Positions 9,511-19,338 of a stretch of DNA of 64,000 bases are shown here, piece by piece; position 1 is the stretch's first letter, and every line of letters starts with the position of its first letter. The DNA is from Vicinamibacteria bacterium. Its GTDB lineage: Bacteria; Acidobacteriota; Vicinamibacteria; Marinacidobacterales; Marinacidobacteraceae. Where the stretch lies: NCBI GenBank assembly GCA_964291235.2, contig OZ219815.1:864001-928000 (forward strand), read 5' to 3'. The notes under the pieces were generated by a model. That model saw only the letters and a list, made by a program, of their open reading frames with translations. It did not search any database and had not been told where the DNA came from. Position numbers and translations under genes: made by a program.

Positions 9511-9537
9511 GATGCCGGCCTGGAGGCCGGCGGTCCC
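9511..9537 (-). repeat. Single REP-like palindrome between convergent genes
   Basis: Reverse complement reads GGGACCGCCGGCCTCCAGGCCGGC, same family as the 6293 units. Confidence 0.8.
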
Positions 9538-9578
9538 TTGCCTACCCGCCGCAGTGCCCGTTGCCGGTTCCCCAGGGT

Positions 9579-10337
9579 TCACCACACCCCGGGAATGAGG
9601 GCGCGGCGGTTCGGCGGGTAGTTCGGGAAGTTCTCGCGGTACCACCGGTGGTTACTGCGAGCCCGGGGCGCCAGGTTCGCGAACGTGAAGACCGCGAAAG
9701 CCAACCCGGCCGGTGACCACGTCGCGATCGCCCAGCCGGTCCACTCCAGGATTTCGCCGAGGTAGTTCGGACAGGAGACGCACCGGTAGGCTCCACCGTT
9801 CGGAACGCCATATCCTGTCGTCTCGGACTCCCGCAATCTGAGCAGGATCTTGTCGGCATGCGTGTTCACGGACATTCCGACGACAAACACCGCCACCCCG
9901 ACCACGAAACGGGGGTCCGTCAGCCACGACATCTCGTAGGGATCAATGTGTGAGACGAACCGCGCGTTCAGGTAGGCGTTCAGGATGTTGAAGAAGAACC
10001 CCGATCCGGCGACATAAAGTGGCATCCGGCGTCCGGAACGAATCCGGAGCGGGTAGATCAGCGTCCGGTTCACGTAGTGGACCTGCCACATCGTCAGGAA
10101 TACCAGCGGCACGACGTCCCACGCGTGCTGACCCCAGAAATAGACGAACCCGAAGAAGAAGACGGCCGGCGACTCCATGAGGATCCAGCCCGCCCTGCTG
10201 GAAACCGTCGGCCCCCAGCCGGCCCCCGCGTAGTGCCGCCCGTAGGGCGCCGGCCGGCGGAGCAGATAGAAGAACGTCACCACGGCCGCGCCGAGCAGCG
10301 CCCACACCAGGAAGCGGTGGACCTCGAGCTCCGTCAT
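9579..10337 (-). CDS. 3-oxo-5-alpha-steroid 4-dehydrogenase (steroid 5-alpha-reductase family)
   Basis: APYGRH, WILMESP, HYVNR, PNYLGEILEWTG, NLAPRARSNHRWY, YPPNRRALIP motifs; hydrophobic membrane protein. Confidence 0.93.
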   Translation of the reverse strand: MTELEVHRFLVWALLGAAVVTFFYLLRRPAPYGRHYAGAGWGPTVSSRAGWILMESPAVFFFGFVYFWGQHAWDVVPLVFLTMWQVHYVNRTLIYPLRIRSGRRMPLYVAGSGFFFNILNAYLNARFVSHIDPYEMSWLTDPRFVVGVAVFVVGMSVNTHADKILLRLRESETTGYGVPNGGAYRCVSCPNYLGEILEWTGWAIATWSPAGLAFAVFTFANLAPRARSNHRWYRENFPNYPPNRRALIPGVW

Positions 10338-10338
10338 C

Positions 10339-11322
10339 TCAACCGGCCAGCTTGCCGTTCTCCTCAAGCCACCGATAGGCGTCCCGCACCGAATCCGGGG
10401 TTGGACGCGGGGCAAACCCGAGGCCCTTCTTTGCCTTGGCGTTCGATACGCGGACGTTGCCGGCGGCCAGGTGGTGGAGGGCGTCTGGCGTGTAGAGCGG
10501 GGGACGGCCCTGAAACCGATCCCAGGCCATCTGGAACGGTGCCCAGATGCGCGCGACCCCGATCGGACAGACGAACCCAGGGCTCCGCACGCCGGTCACC
10601 GCCTCCGCCAGGCTCGCCAGCTCCCGCACCGAACGCCAACGCCCCGAGAGAATGTAGTTCTCGCCGCGTCCGCCACGCGTCTCGGCAGCGAGAGCGGCCG
10701 CGGCGCCATCGCGCACGTCCACGCAGTCGAAACCGCCGGCGATCAGCGTTGGAACCTGCCGCCGGTGAAGATCCACGAAGAACCGGCCCACGTCGGTGGG
10801 GCCGCCATCGTACGGCCCGATGACGCCGGTCGGATTCAGGATCACCGCATCCAGCCCCCGGTGCACACCACGACGAATTTCGTCCTCCCCGTGCGCCTTC
10901 GAGCGGTCGTAGGCCGGCCGGCACAGCCCGCCCGACCCGTCACGCGTCTCGTCGAGCACCTCGTCGAGGGGAAACTGGTTGAAGGCGCGTATCGAGGAGA
11001 AGTGGATCAGGCGCCGCACGCCGCACTGCAGCGCGGCTTCGACCACGTTGCGAGTGCCCACCACGTTCGTGCTGCGCATTGCGTCCGCCATCCGGGGGTC
11101 AATGGAGACGAGCGCCGCCAGGTGATACACGACATCCGCTCCCCGAAACGCCGCCACCAGCGAGTCCCGGTCCAGGACATCGCCTCCGACCCATTCCACA
11201 CCGGGCTCTTCAAAGATCCCCGAGCGTTCGTGGAAGACCGCCCGAACGGGATCGCCGCGCTCCGCCAGGGCGCGCACGAGCACGCCTCCGATGTACCCGG
11301 TCGCCCCGGTGACCACTTTCAT
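10339..11322 (-). CDS. NAD-dependent epimerase/dehydratase (3beta-HSD/HpnA/DFR-like extended SDR)
   Basis: TGATGYIG, HLAA, NVVGT, YDRSK (YxxxK). Confidence 0.9.
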   Translation of the reverse strand: MKVVTGATGYIGGVLVRALAERGDPVRAVFHERSGIFEEPGVEWVGGDVLDRDSLVAAFRGADVVYHLAALVSIDPRMADAMRSTNVVGTRNVVEAALQCGVRRLIHFSSIRAFNQFPLDEVLDETRDGSGGLCRPAYDRSKAHGEDEIRRGVHRGLDAVILNPTGVIGPYDGGPTDVGRFFVDLHRRQVPTLIAGGFDCVDVRDGAAAALAAETRGGRGENYILSGRWRSVRELASLAEAVTGVRSPGFVCPIGVARIWAPFQMAWDRFQGRPPLYTPDALHHLAAGNVRVSNAKAKKGLGFAPRPTPDSVRDAYRWLEENGKLAG

Positions 11323-11352
11323 CGCACTCGGCCGCCGGGTTGGGACGGTACT

Positions 11353-11850
11353 TCAGGTGGTCACGTTGTCAGCTTGCTGATCCCACTCCCGAAGAACCGC
11401 CACCGCCTCGTCTCCCAGCATCCGGCGCACGGGGACCCGGCGAGCCGGCGCGGGCAGCAGGAGCTCCTGAAGGAACGATTCGTAGCTGAGGCCGATGCGC
11501 TGCGCGTCTTCCGCCCGGCTGGCGTAGTAGATACGGCCCAGGCGAGCCCGGTAGATCGCGGCCAGGCACATGGGGCACGGCTCGCCGGACGCATAGATCT
11601 CGCAGCCCTCCAGCGAGACGGCGCCGAGCTTGGCGCACGCCGCGCGGATCGCGTTCAACTCCGCGTGCGCGGTCGGATCGTTTTCCGAGGTCACGGTGTT
11701 GTGCGCCTCGCCGACGACCTCGCCGTTCCTCACGATCACGGCCCCGAAGGGGAACCCGCGGCCCTCCCGGATCGCGCGGAGCGAAAGCGCGATGGCCCGA
11801 CGCATCGCTTGTTCGTGACTCAATCGATCTGCTTCTCTTTCTCTTGTCAT
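11353..11850 (-). CDS. Nucleoside/guanine deaminase (cytidine deaminase fold)
   Basis: PFGAVIV, DPTAHAE, EPCPMC zinc motifs. Confidence 0.92.
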   Translation of the reverse strand: MTREREADRLSHEQAMRRAIALSLRAIREGRGFPFGAVIVRNGEVVGEAHNTVTSENDPTAHAELNAIRAACAKLGAVSLEGCEIYASGEPCPMCLAAIYRARLGRIYYASRAEDAQRIGLSYESFLQELLLPAPARRVPVRRMLGDEAVAVLREWDQQADNVTT

Positions 11851-11921
11851 CTCATCGTTTAGGGTAGCGCCGGGCGCCCGGCGGGGGGGCTTCCTTCCCC
11901 GCAACACAAAGGAGGGAGCCG

Positions 11922-12935
11922 ATGCTGGACAGATTCGAGCGCTATCCGCTCACTTTCGGTCCGACACCCATCGAGCGGCTGGAGCGGCTGTCCGCCCACC
12001 TCGGCGGCGCCGTGCAGATCTACGCCAAGCGCGAGGACTGCAATTCGGGCCTCGCTTTCGGCGGCAACAAGCTGCGGAAACTCGAATACATCGTGCCGGA
12101 CGCCATCGCCTCCGGCGCCGACACGCTGGTCACGATCGGCGGCATCCAGTCGAACCACACCCGGCTGGTCGCGGCCACCGCCGCCAAACTCGGGATGAAA
12201 TGCCGGCTCGTGCAGGAGCACTGGGCGCCGTTCGACGACCTCCTCTACCACCGGGTCGGGAACATCCTGCTGAGCCGGGTGATGGGCGCCGAAATCGAAC
12301 TGGTGGACCAGGGCTTCGACATCGGTATCCGCGAGAGCTGGGAGCGGGCGATCGAGGACGTGCGAGCCAAGGGAGGAAAGCCGTACGCCATCCCGGCCGG
12401 CGCTTCCGTCCACAAGTACGGCGGACTCGGGTTCGTCGGTTTTGCCGAGGAAGTCCGGGCGCAGGAGGAAGAACTCGGGTTCCGGTTCGACGACATCGTG
12501 GTCTGCACCGTCACGGGATCCACCCACGCCGGAATGCTGGTGGGTTTTGCCAGGGACGGCCGCGCCAACCGGGTGATCGGCATCGACGCCTCGGCGACGT
12601 TCGACCGGACCCGCGCCCAGGTCATGGACATCGCCCGGAACACGGCGGATCTGGTGGAACTGGGGCGCGACCTCACGGACGAGGACCTCGTGCTGTTGTC
12701 GGCGTACGCCCACCCCGCCTACGGGGTCCCCTCGGACGAAACCAACGAGGCCATCCGGCTCACCGCCCGGCTCGAGGGCATGATGACCGACCCCGTGTAC
12801 GAGGGGAAGTCCATGCAGGGACTCATCGATCTCGTGAAGAAGGGCTACTTCCCCGCGGGGTCAAGAATCCTCTATGCCCATCTCGGCGGGGTTCCCGCCA
12901 TCAACGGCTACAGCACCATCTACCGCAACGGCTGA
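11922..12935 (+). CDS. acdS: 1-aminocyclopropane-1-carboxylate deaminase
   Basis: [35 protein letters not shown] and HLGG carry the AcdS-diagnostic Glu and Leu. Confidence 0.95.
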   Translation: MLDRFERYPLTFGPTPIERLERLSAHLGGAVQIYAKREDCNSGLAFGGNKLRKLEYIVPDAIASGADTLVTIGGIQSNHTRLVAATAAKLGMKCRLVQEHWAPFDDLLYHRVGNILLSRVMGAEIELVDQGFDIGIRESWERAIEDVRAKGGKPYAIPAGASVHKYGGLGFVGFAEEVRAQEEELGFRFDDIVVCTVTGSTHAGMLVGFARDGRANRVIGIDASATFDRTRAQVMDIARNTADLVELGRDLTDEDLVLLSAYAHPAYGVPSDETNEAIRLTARLEGMMTDPVYEGKSMQGLIDLVKKGYFPAGSRILYAHLGGVPAINGYSTIYRNG

Positions 12936-12950
12936 CGCCAGGAGAACTCC

Positions 12951-13772
12951 ATGGCCAAACAACGCATCGGCTCCTACCTCGAGGTCGCACCCGGCATCGA
13001 CATCTACTACGAGGACGAGGGCGAAGGCGTCCCGCTGGTCCTCATACCAGGATGGACGTTCACGACTCAGGTTTTCGACCACCAGTTCGCCGCGTTCTCC
13101 GGCTCCCATCGGGTGATCTCGTTCGACCCCCGCAGCCACGGGCGCTCCACCGTGACCACCGACGGGAACAACTACGCGACCCAGGCCGCCGACCTGGCGA
13201 AGCTCCTCGATCACCTGCACGTAGAGAACCCCATCCTGGTGGGCTGGTCCACCGGATCCATGACGGCCTGGCACTACGTCCGCAGCCGGGGCACGGAGGG
13301 CGTGCGCGGGTTCGTTGCGATCGACATGCCGCCGCTCGGCATGAGCGAGGACCAAGGTGACTGGGTCGAAGGTTCGCTCCCCGAACTCGCCGGCTTCTTT
13401 CAGGCCGTCCAGACCTCCGCCGGCCAGCGCGGCGTCATCACCTGGTACGCCGACAACGTGATGATCGAGGGCGAGATGTCCCCGGAGCTCACGAAGTGGA
13501 TCGTTGAACAGTCACTCGCCACCCCGCCGCTCATGGCCGCCCACTTCCTCGCTGACGCCTGTTTCGGCAACTACCTGGACGAGGCGAAACAGGTGGATGC
13601 GGCCATCCCATCGCTCTTCGTGGTCGCGGAACACTGGTCGGAGAACGCCAGGACATTTCTTGACACACACTGCCCGAAGTCCCGGGTCGAGGTCTTCGGC
13701 GGGCACATGATGTTCTGGGAGTACCCGGAGCGTTTCAACAAACTGCTCGCGGAGTTCGCCGCGGCCCCCTGA
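12951..13772 (+). CDS. Alpha/beta hydrolase (non-heme haloperoxidase-like)
   Basis: LIPGW, DPRSHGRS, GWSTG nucleophile elbow, GGHMMFWE. Confidence 0.88.
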   Translation: MAKQRIGSYLEVAPGIDIYYEDEGEGVPLVLIPGWTFTTQVFDHQFAAFSGSHRVISFDPRSHGRSTVTTDGNNYATQAADLAKLLDHLHVENPILVGWSTGSMTAWHYVRSRGTEGVRGFVAIDMPPLGMSEDQGDWVEGSLPELAGFFQAVQTSAGQRGVITWYADNVMIEGEMSPELTKWIVEQSLATPPLMAAHFLADACFGNYLDEAKQVDAAIPSLFVVAEHWSENARTFLDTHCPKSRVEVFGGHMMFWEYPERFNKLLAEFAAAP

Positions 13773-13888
13773 GCCCGGCCGATTCGCTGCCGGCGCCCGC
13801 CACTAGTGCGCGCCGCGCGCCGCCGAGGTGATGAGCAGCAGCTTGCTCGATACGATCAGCAGCCCCGCGGAGAGGAGCGCCTCGTAGA

Positions 13889-14704
13889 TCACTGCCGCGG
13901 CTTCGGGTCCGCTTTCTTGCGGAGACGCCAGTCCGGCGGCCGCTTCACCGGCGGCCGGCTGGGCCGCAACTCGATCCGGCTGGCAAGCGCCTGGCTCCGC
14001 TGGAGGACCACCGCCAGAACCGCTTCGGCCACGTCTTCGGGGGACAGCTTCCACTCCGTGCCGTCCTCGGCGGAGCGCCCGGCGAACCCGGTCGCCACGC
14101 TGCCGGGCATGACGGTCGAAACCCGCACGCCGGCGTCCCGAAGGTCGAGCATCATCGCCTCGCTGAGGCCGACGAGCCCGAACTTGGAGGCGTTGTAGGC
14201 CGCGCCGCCCTTGAACGGGTGGCGGCCGGCGAGGCTCCCGATGTTGATGACGGTGGCGCCGGACGGCGCGTCGCGGTCGGCGCCCGCTCCCGCTTCGAGG
14301 AGGAGCGGCAGGCAGGCTTTCGTGACCCGGAAGACCCCGACGAGGTTCGTTTCCACAACCTTGCGGAAATCCTCGAGCGCCAGTTCCGGGGTGGGGTGAT
14401 AGATCCCGATGCCGGCGTTATTGATGAGGACGTCGAGTCGGCCGCAGCGGTCGCGCACGAAGTCGGCGAGCGCGGCAACGCTCGCGTCATCGGTGACGTC
14501 GCAGGCGACCCCGTGGGCGCGGGCGCCGGTGGGCGTTTCCGCGCCGAGCTCGGCGGCGGTGTCCTCCGCCGCCTGGCGGTTCCTCCCGGTCAGGACTACC
14601 TCGATGCCGGCGTCCAGCAGGAACGCGGCGACCGCGCGGCCGACGCCGCGGGTGCCGCCGGTAACGAGGGCGACCTGGCCGGTGAGGGGTTGGGACTCGG
14701 ACAT
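13889..14704 (-). CDS. Short-chain dehydrogenase/reductase
   Basis: TGGTRGVG, NNAG, YNASK. Confidence 0.92.
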   Translation of the reverse strand: MSESQPLTGQVALVTGGTRGVGRAVAAFLLDAGIEVVLTGRNRQAAEDTAAELGAETPTGARAHGVACDVTDDASVAALADFVRDRCGRLDVLINNAGIGIYHPTPELALEDFRKVVETNLVGVFRVTKACLPLLLEAGAGADRDAPSGATVINIGSLAGRHPFKGGAAYNASKFGLVGLSEAMMLDLRDAGVRVSTVMPGSVATGFAGRSAEDGTEWKLSPEDVAEAVLAVVLQRSQALASRIELRPSRPPVKRPPDWRLRKKADPKPRQ

Positions 14705-14767
14705 CTTCGGCCGAGTGTACGGGGGCCTACCGCCGCCCGCGCCCCGCAATTTCGGCCCGGCCGAGGC

Positions 14768-15124
14768 TCATCCCGCGCGCGTCCCGTTGGGGACCGGACG
14801 TTCGGGAATCGCCAGCGCCGGCGGGATCCCGTCGGAATACCCCAGATCGAACAGCATCGCTTCCGACACCACGCCGGCCATTTTTCGCGGCGGCAGGTTG
14901 ACGATGAAGAGCGCCTGCAAGCCTTCGATCTCCTTCGGCTCTTCCCGTTCCTGCTTCATCCCGACAACCACCGTCCGGATCGCAAAACCCAGATCTATTT
15001 TCAACGCGACCAGCTTCCTGGACGCCGGGATGTCCGTCACTTCCAGGATCGTCCCGACCCGAATGTCGATCCGGGTCAGGTCTTCAAAACTGATCTCCTT
15101 CTTGGGAGGGGCGATCTCCGTCAT
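14768..15124 (-). CDS. csaA: tRNA-binding / secretion chaperone CsaA family protein
   Basis: ISFEDL..IDIRVGTI, NLPPRKMAGVVSE OB-fold motifs. Confidence 0.85.
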   Translation of the reverse strand: MTEIAPPKKEISFEDLTRIDIRVGTILEVTDIPASRKLVALKIDLGFAIRTVVVGMKQEREEPKEIEGLQALFIVNLPPRKMAGVVSEAMLFDLGYSDGIPPALAIPERPVPNGTRAG

Positions 15125-15140
15125 GCACACGGGTCCTTTC

Positions 15141-15851
15141 TCAACTGCGGAAGTGGCTCAGCGAACGTCGTTGCCGTCCGTCCGCATCGAAGTTGTCCGG
15201 CCGGAGCCAGGCGCGCTGCGCCTCCCGGATCGCCGGCCATTCGTCGTCGGTGATCGAGTACCACGCGGTGTCGCGGTTGCGGCCCTTGTAGTGGATCGCC
15301 TGGCGGAAGATCCCCTCGAACGTGAACCCGAGTCGTTCCGCCGCCCGCCGCGAAGGCGCATTCAACGCGTCGCATTTCCACTCGTAGCGGCGATATCCCA
15401 ACTCGAAGACGTGGGCCATCAGCAGGTGCATCGCCTCGGTGGACATCGGCGTGCGCTGCAGAAGCGGCGAGAGCCAGATGTATCCGACTTCGATGCTTCC
15501 CACCGCCGGCTGAATCCGCAGGTACGACCCGAACCCGCGGGCCTTGCCGGATGCCCTGTCCACGAAGGCGAAGGGGAGTCGGCCGCGTTCCGCGGCCGCC
15601 GCCCAAAGCCACCCGGTGAAGGAGTCGAGACTCTCGAACGGGCCGTCCGGCAGGTAGGTCCAGCTCGCTCCGGTGGCGTCCACCCGGCCGGCTTCAAACA
15701 GGTCGCGTGCGTGCGCCGCCGAGTCGAGCGGCTCGACGCGTACGAAGGCGCCCTCCATCGTGACGGGCGACGGCGCGGGCGGCGGGGTCCAGCCAGCGGG
15801 GAGAGGCTCCCCGATGGGCTGCCCGAGTTCGTTCGTCCGCGCCACCGCCAC
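15141..15851 (-). CDS. GNAT N-acetyltransferase (RimJ/RimL family)
   Basis: GYRRYEWKCDALNAPSRRAAERLGFTFEGIFRQ, KGRNRDTAWYS. Confidence 0.92.
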   Translation of the reverse strand: MAVARTNELGQPIGEPLPAGWTPPPAPSPVTMEGAFVRVEPLDSAAHARDLFEAGRVDATGASWTYLPDGPFESLDSFTGWLWAAAAERGRLPFAFVDRASGKARGFGSYLRIQPAVGSIEVGYIWLSPLLQRTPMSTEAMHLLMAHVFELGYRRYEWKCDALNAPSRRAAERLGFTFEGIFRQAIHYKGRNRDTAWYSITDDEWPAIREAQRAWLRPDNFDADGRQRRSLSHFRS

Positions 15852-18800
15852 TAACGGGTCCGGATCGGATCCGCCGGGCGGGGCGGGAGCGGCCGGGGGT
15901 TCGCCTCGACGGCCGCCATCACCTCGGCGATGGCGCGCTCGAGCTGGGGGTCGCCCCCTTCGATGACGGATTTCGGGTCGTTCTCCACCTCGATGTCGGG
16001 GTCCACGCCGTAGCCCTCAATCACCCACTCGCCCTCGGCGGAAGCGAAGCCGAATTCAGGGACGTTCACCGACCCGCCGTCCATCAGGGTGCCGCGGTTG
16101 GTGATCCCGATGACGCCGCCCCAACTGCGCTTGCCGATCAGGGGACCCAGCCCGGCCTTTTTGAACATGGCGGGGAAGATGTCGCCGTCGGAACCCGAGT
16201 TTTCGTCGAGCAGGCACACGAGATGCGGCGGCGGAACCACGCCCGGATAGGTGCTCGCCGCCTCGCTGGTCCGCGAGTAGCCGAGCGACAGGGTCTCCCG
16301 GCGGAACCGCTCGATGAGCATCTGGGAGATGTTCCCGCCGCCGTTCCGGCGCACGTCCACGATCATTCCCTCGCGGCGCACCTGGCTGTAGTACCACTTG
16401 ATGAACTCGCGGATGCCGTTCGCGCCCATGTCGGGGATGTGCAGGTAACCGATCCGGCCGCCGGTCGCTTCCTCGACCCGCCGCCGGTTCGCCTCGATGT
16501 CGTTCAGGTAAATGAGCGGGTCTTCGTTGGCGACGGGCTGGAACATCACCTTGCGGGCGCCCTCGAAGCTGGGCGCGCCGTTCACGGTGAACTCGATCGG
16601 ACGGTTCGCCTTGTGGAGAAGCTGCCGGTAGGGGCTCTCGTCCTCGCGCAGTTCCACCCCATCGATCGCGAGCAGGTAGTCCCCCTCGGAAACGTTCACC
16701 CCGACCTCGCGGAGCGGCGAGCGGTAGCGCGCCTCCTCGTTGTGCCCCTCGAAGATCCGGGTGATCCGGTAGCGCCCCGCGTCCTCGTCCCAGGCGAAAC
16801 GCGCCCCCGGGAAGCCGGCGCCGGGACGGTCCGGGACCTCGAAGTCGCCTCCCTGGATGTAGGCATGCGAGACCTGGAGTTCCGCGATCATCTCGTTGAT
16901 CAGGTAGTTCAGGTCGGAGCGGTGCTCGACGTACGGCAGGAGCGACCGGTAGCGGGCGCGGAGGTCGTCCCAGTCGTGGCCGTGGAGGTTCTGGACGTAG
17001 AAGAAGTCGCGGAACCGCCGCCACACCTCGTCGAAGATCTGGGCCCACTCGGCCTTCGGATCCCGGTCCGCTTCGAGCCCGGCGGTGGAAACCGCTTTTT
17101 TGGATGACGCGGCGTCCGTTCCGATGTTGTAGCGGTTGAAGGAGTTGCCCTCGCGGGTTGCCACCGTTTTCCCGTCGCCGCTCACCGCGTACGCCGAGAT
17201 CCCGGTGGCGAGGGTTCCCGCCTTCCGCGCGTTCAGGTCAAAGACCCGGAGCTCCGGCGGGCTCGAGCCGCTCCGGCCGTAGAAGGGGGCGGCGGTCCGC
17301 GCGTAGAGCAGGAAGCCCTCCACCGCGGAGAGTCCCTGGTAGTTGTCCTCGTCCACCGGCACCCGCATCACCCGGTCCTGGAGGCCGTCGAAGGCGATCT
17401 CGATCGGAGCGTCTTCGGCGGCGGCGGCGTCAGCGTCGTCGCCGTCCGGTGCTTCGCCTTCCTCCTCGGGCGCCGGCTCCTCGTCGCTCTCCGGCGGGAA
17501 GAGATGGGGAACGTCGGGGCGGAGCGCCACCGCGTAGATCCCGCTCTCGCGGTCGAGCGCGTAGTTCCACTCGAAATCCGCGATCTGCGGTTGGAACATC
17601 CGGTCACTGATGTAGAAGAGGTAGTCCCCCTTCGCGCCCCAGGCCGGGGAAAACTCGTTGAAGTAGGGGCCGGTGACCCGCCGCAGCGCGCCGTCCCCCG
17701 CGGACCAGATGTAGATGGACGAGAAACCCACCGCATCGTTCAGGCTCATCGCCAGATGGCCGCCCCGGGGCGACCAGGCGTAGTCGTTCACCTGGCCGTG
17801 CCTCTCGTTGGCGATCTCGACGACCGTCTTGTCCGCGACGGTGACCACGAAGATCCGGCCCTCCTTGTCGCTGAAGGCGAGCTGGTCTCCGTCGGGGGAC
17901 CAGAGCGGGTTGTAGCGCATCGCCCGGCCGCGCTCGGTGAGCTGCACCGGCGCTTCGCCGCCGCCCTGGGCGACCACGTAGATCTCCTCTTCGCCGCTCG
18001 CGTCGGAGATGTAGGCGATCCGCGTCCCGTCCGGCGACCAGGCGGGCCATTTCTCGTGCGCCTCGGGGGTCGCGACCAGCGTCCGCGTCGCTCCCTTCTC
18101 CACGGGGGCCGAAAAGAGCTCACCCCGCGCCGCGAAGACCAGCCGCTTCCCGGTCGGCGAGATGTCGAAGTGCTCGATGTTCCCGGCAGCGGAAACGCGG
18201 GACGGACGGCTGTGCAGCCCGTCGGTGGGGACGGTGATCTCGATCGGCGCCGGCGCTCCGGCGCCGTTCGTGTCGAGAAGGTGCAGGGTCCCCGCCTGCT
18301 CGAAGACGATCCGGCCGCCGGCGTCGCTGCCCGGCCAGCGGAGGTCCCAGGTGTCCGAGTCCGTCCAGCTGCGTGTCTCGCCGGACCCGGTGTCGTAGGA
18401 ATAGAGGTTGTTGGTCCCCGAACGATCGGAGGTGAAGAAGATCCGGGAGCCGATCCACATCGGGTCCCGGTCGGAGCGCGGATCGTCGGTGATCCGGGTC
18501 AGTTCCCGGCTCGCCAGCTCGAACACGTAGAGGTCCTGCGCCCAGCCGCCGGCGTAACGCTTCCAGGCGCGGAAGTCCCGGAAGAGCGGCGAATACACGA
18601 CGCTGCCGCCGTCCGGCGACCAGGCGCCGCCCCCGGCGCGCGGCATCGGAAGGGCGCTCGCGAGGCCACCGCCCCGCGGGACCTCGTGGAGCCGTCCCTC
18701 GCCGACCCCGTTTCCGTCGCGAAGGGAGCGGAAGAGGATCCGCTCGCCGTCGGGCGACCAGTCATAGACGATGTTGTCGTAGCCCCAGCGGGTGGGAAGC

Positions 18801-19129
18801 GGCCCGGTGGCGGGGTAGAACGTCAACTGCTTGGGGACCCCGCCCCCCGACGGCATGACGTACACCTGTTCGTCGCCGTCGTACTGGCCGGTGAAGGCGA
18901 TCTCGCTGCCGTCCGGCGAGAAGCGCGCGAAGAGTTCCTGTCCGGGATGGGAGGTCAGCCGCACCGCGGCGCCGCCGGCGGTTGAGGCCGACCACAGGTC
19001 ACCCGCATAGGTGAAGACCACCCGGTCCCCATGGACGTCGGGGAACCGGAGCAGCCGGGTCTCGGCGACGGCGGGATTCGCGAACAACACGCCGCCGAGG
19101 GCGAACAGGATGGAAACGGGAATGCGCAT
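15851..19129 (-). CDS. Tricorn protease-like S41 peptidase
   Basis: Signal peptide, PD40 beta-propeller repeats, PDZ region, IGYLHIPDMG, DVRRNGGG, SGSDGD, KRSWGGVIG. Confidence 0.95.
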   Translation of the reverse strand: MRIPVSILFALGGVLFANPAVAETRLLRFPDVHGDRVVFTYAGDLWSASTAGGAAVRLTSHPGQELFARFSPDGSEIAFTGQYDGDEQVYVMPSGGGVPKQLTFYPATGPLPTRWGYDNIVYDWSPDGERILFRSLRDGNGVGEGRLHEVPRGGGLASALPMPRAGGGAWSPDGGSVVYSPLFRDFRAWKRYAGGWAQDLYVFELASRELTRITDDPRSDRDPMWIGSRIFFTSDRSGTNNLYSYDTGSGETRSWTDSDTWDLRWPGSDAGGRIVFEQAGTLHLLDTNGAGAPAPIEITVPTDGLHSRPSRVSAAGNIEHFDISPTGKRLVFAARGELFSAPVEKGATRTLVATPEAHEKWPAWSPDGTRIAYISDASGEEEIYVVAQGGGEAPVQLTERGRAMRYNPLWSPDGDQLAFSDKEGRIFVVTVADKTVVEIANERHGQVNDYAWSPRGGHLAMSLNDAVGFSSIYIWSAGDGALRRVTGPYFNEFSPAWGAKGDYLFYISDRMFQPQIADFEWNYALDRESGIYAVALRPDVPHLFPPESDEEPAPEEEGEAPDGDDADAAAAEDAPIEIAFDGLQDRVMRVPVDEDNYQGLSAVEGFLLYARTAAPFYGRSGSSPPELRVFDLNARKAGTLATGISAYAVSGDGKTVATREGNSFNRYNIGTDAASSKKAVSTAGLEADRDPKAEWAQIFDEVWRRFRDFFYVQNLHGHDWDDLRARYRSLLPYVEHRSDLNYLINEMIAELQVSHAYIQGGDFEVPDRPGAGFPGARFAWDEDAGRYRITRIFEGHNEEARYRSPLREVGVNVSEGDYLLAIDGVELREDESPYRQLLHKANRPIEFTVNGAPSFEGARKVMFQPVANEDPLIYLNDIEANRRRVEEATGGRIGYLHIPDMGANGIREFIKWYYSQVRREGMIVDVRRNGGGNISQMLIERFRRETLSLGYSRTSEAASTYPGVVPPPHLVCLLDENSGSDGDIFPAMFKKAGLGPLIGKRSWGGVIGITNRGTLMDGGSVNVPEFGFASAEGEWVIEGYGVDPDIEVENDPKSVIEGGDPQLERAIAEVMAAVEANPRPLPPRPADPIRTR

Positions 19130-19338
19130 GGTGGATCTCCTGAAGCGGCGCAAGGGGAAAGGCGCGGCGCCCGCGCGCGGCGGGTCTCGTCTGTCCGAAC
19201 GGGCCGCGGCGGGAATCGCTCCGCAACCCGTACGGACTCCGGCGCCACAGCCTGTCACGTTACAGCCGTCACGCTTCGCGGCCCCCAAGATGGGGGCATA
19301 CACTCCACCTCCGTGTTGGCAGTGCCGGGAGGAAGCCC

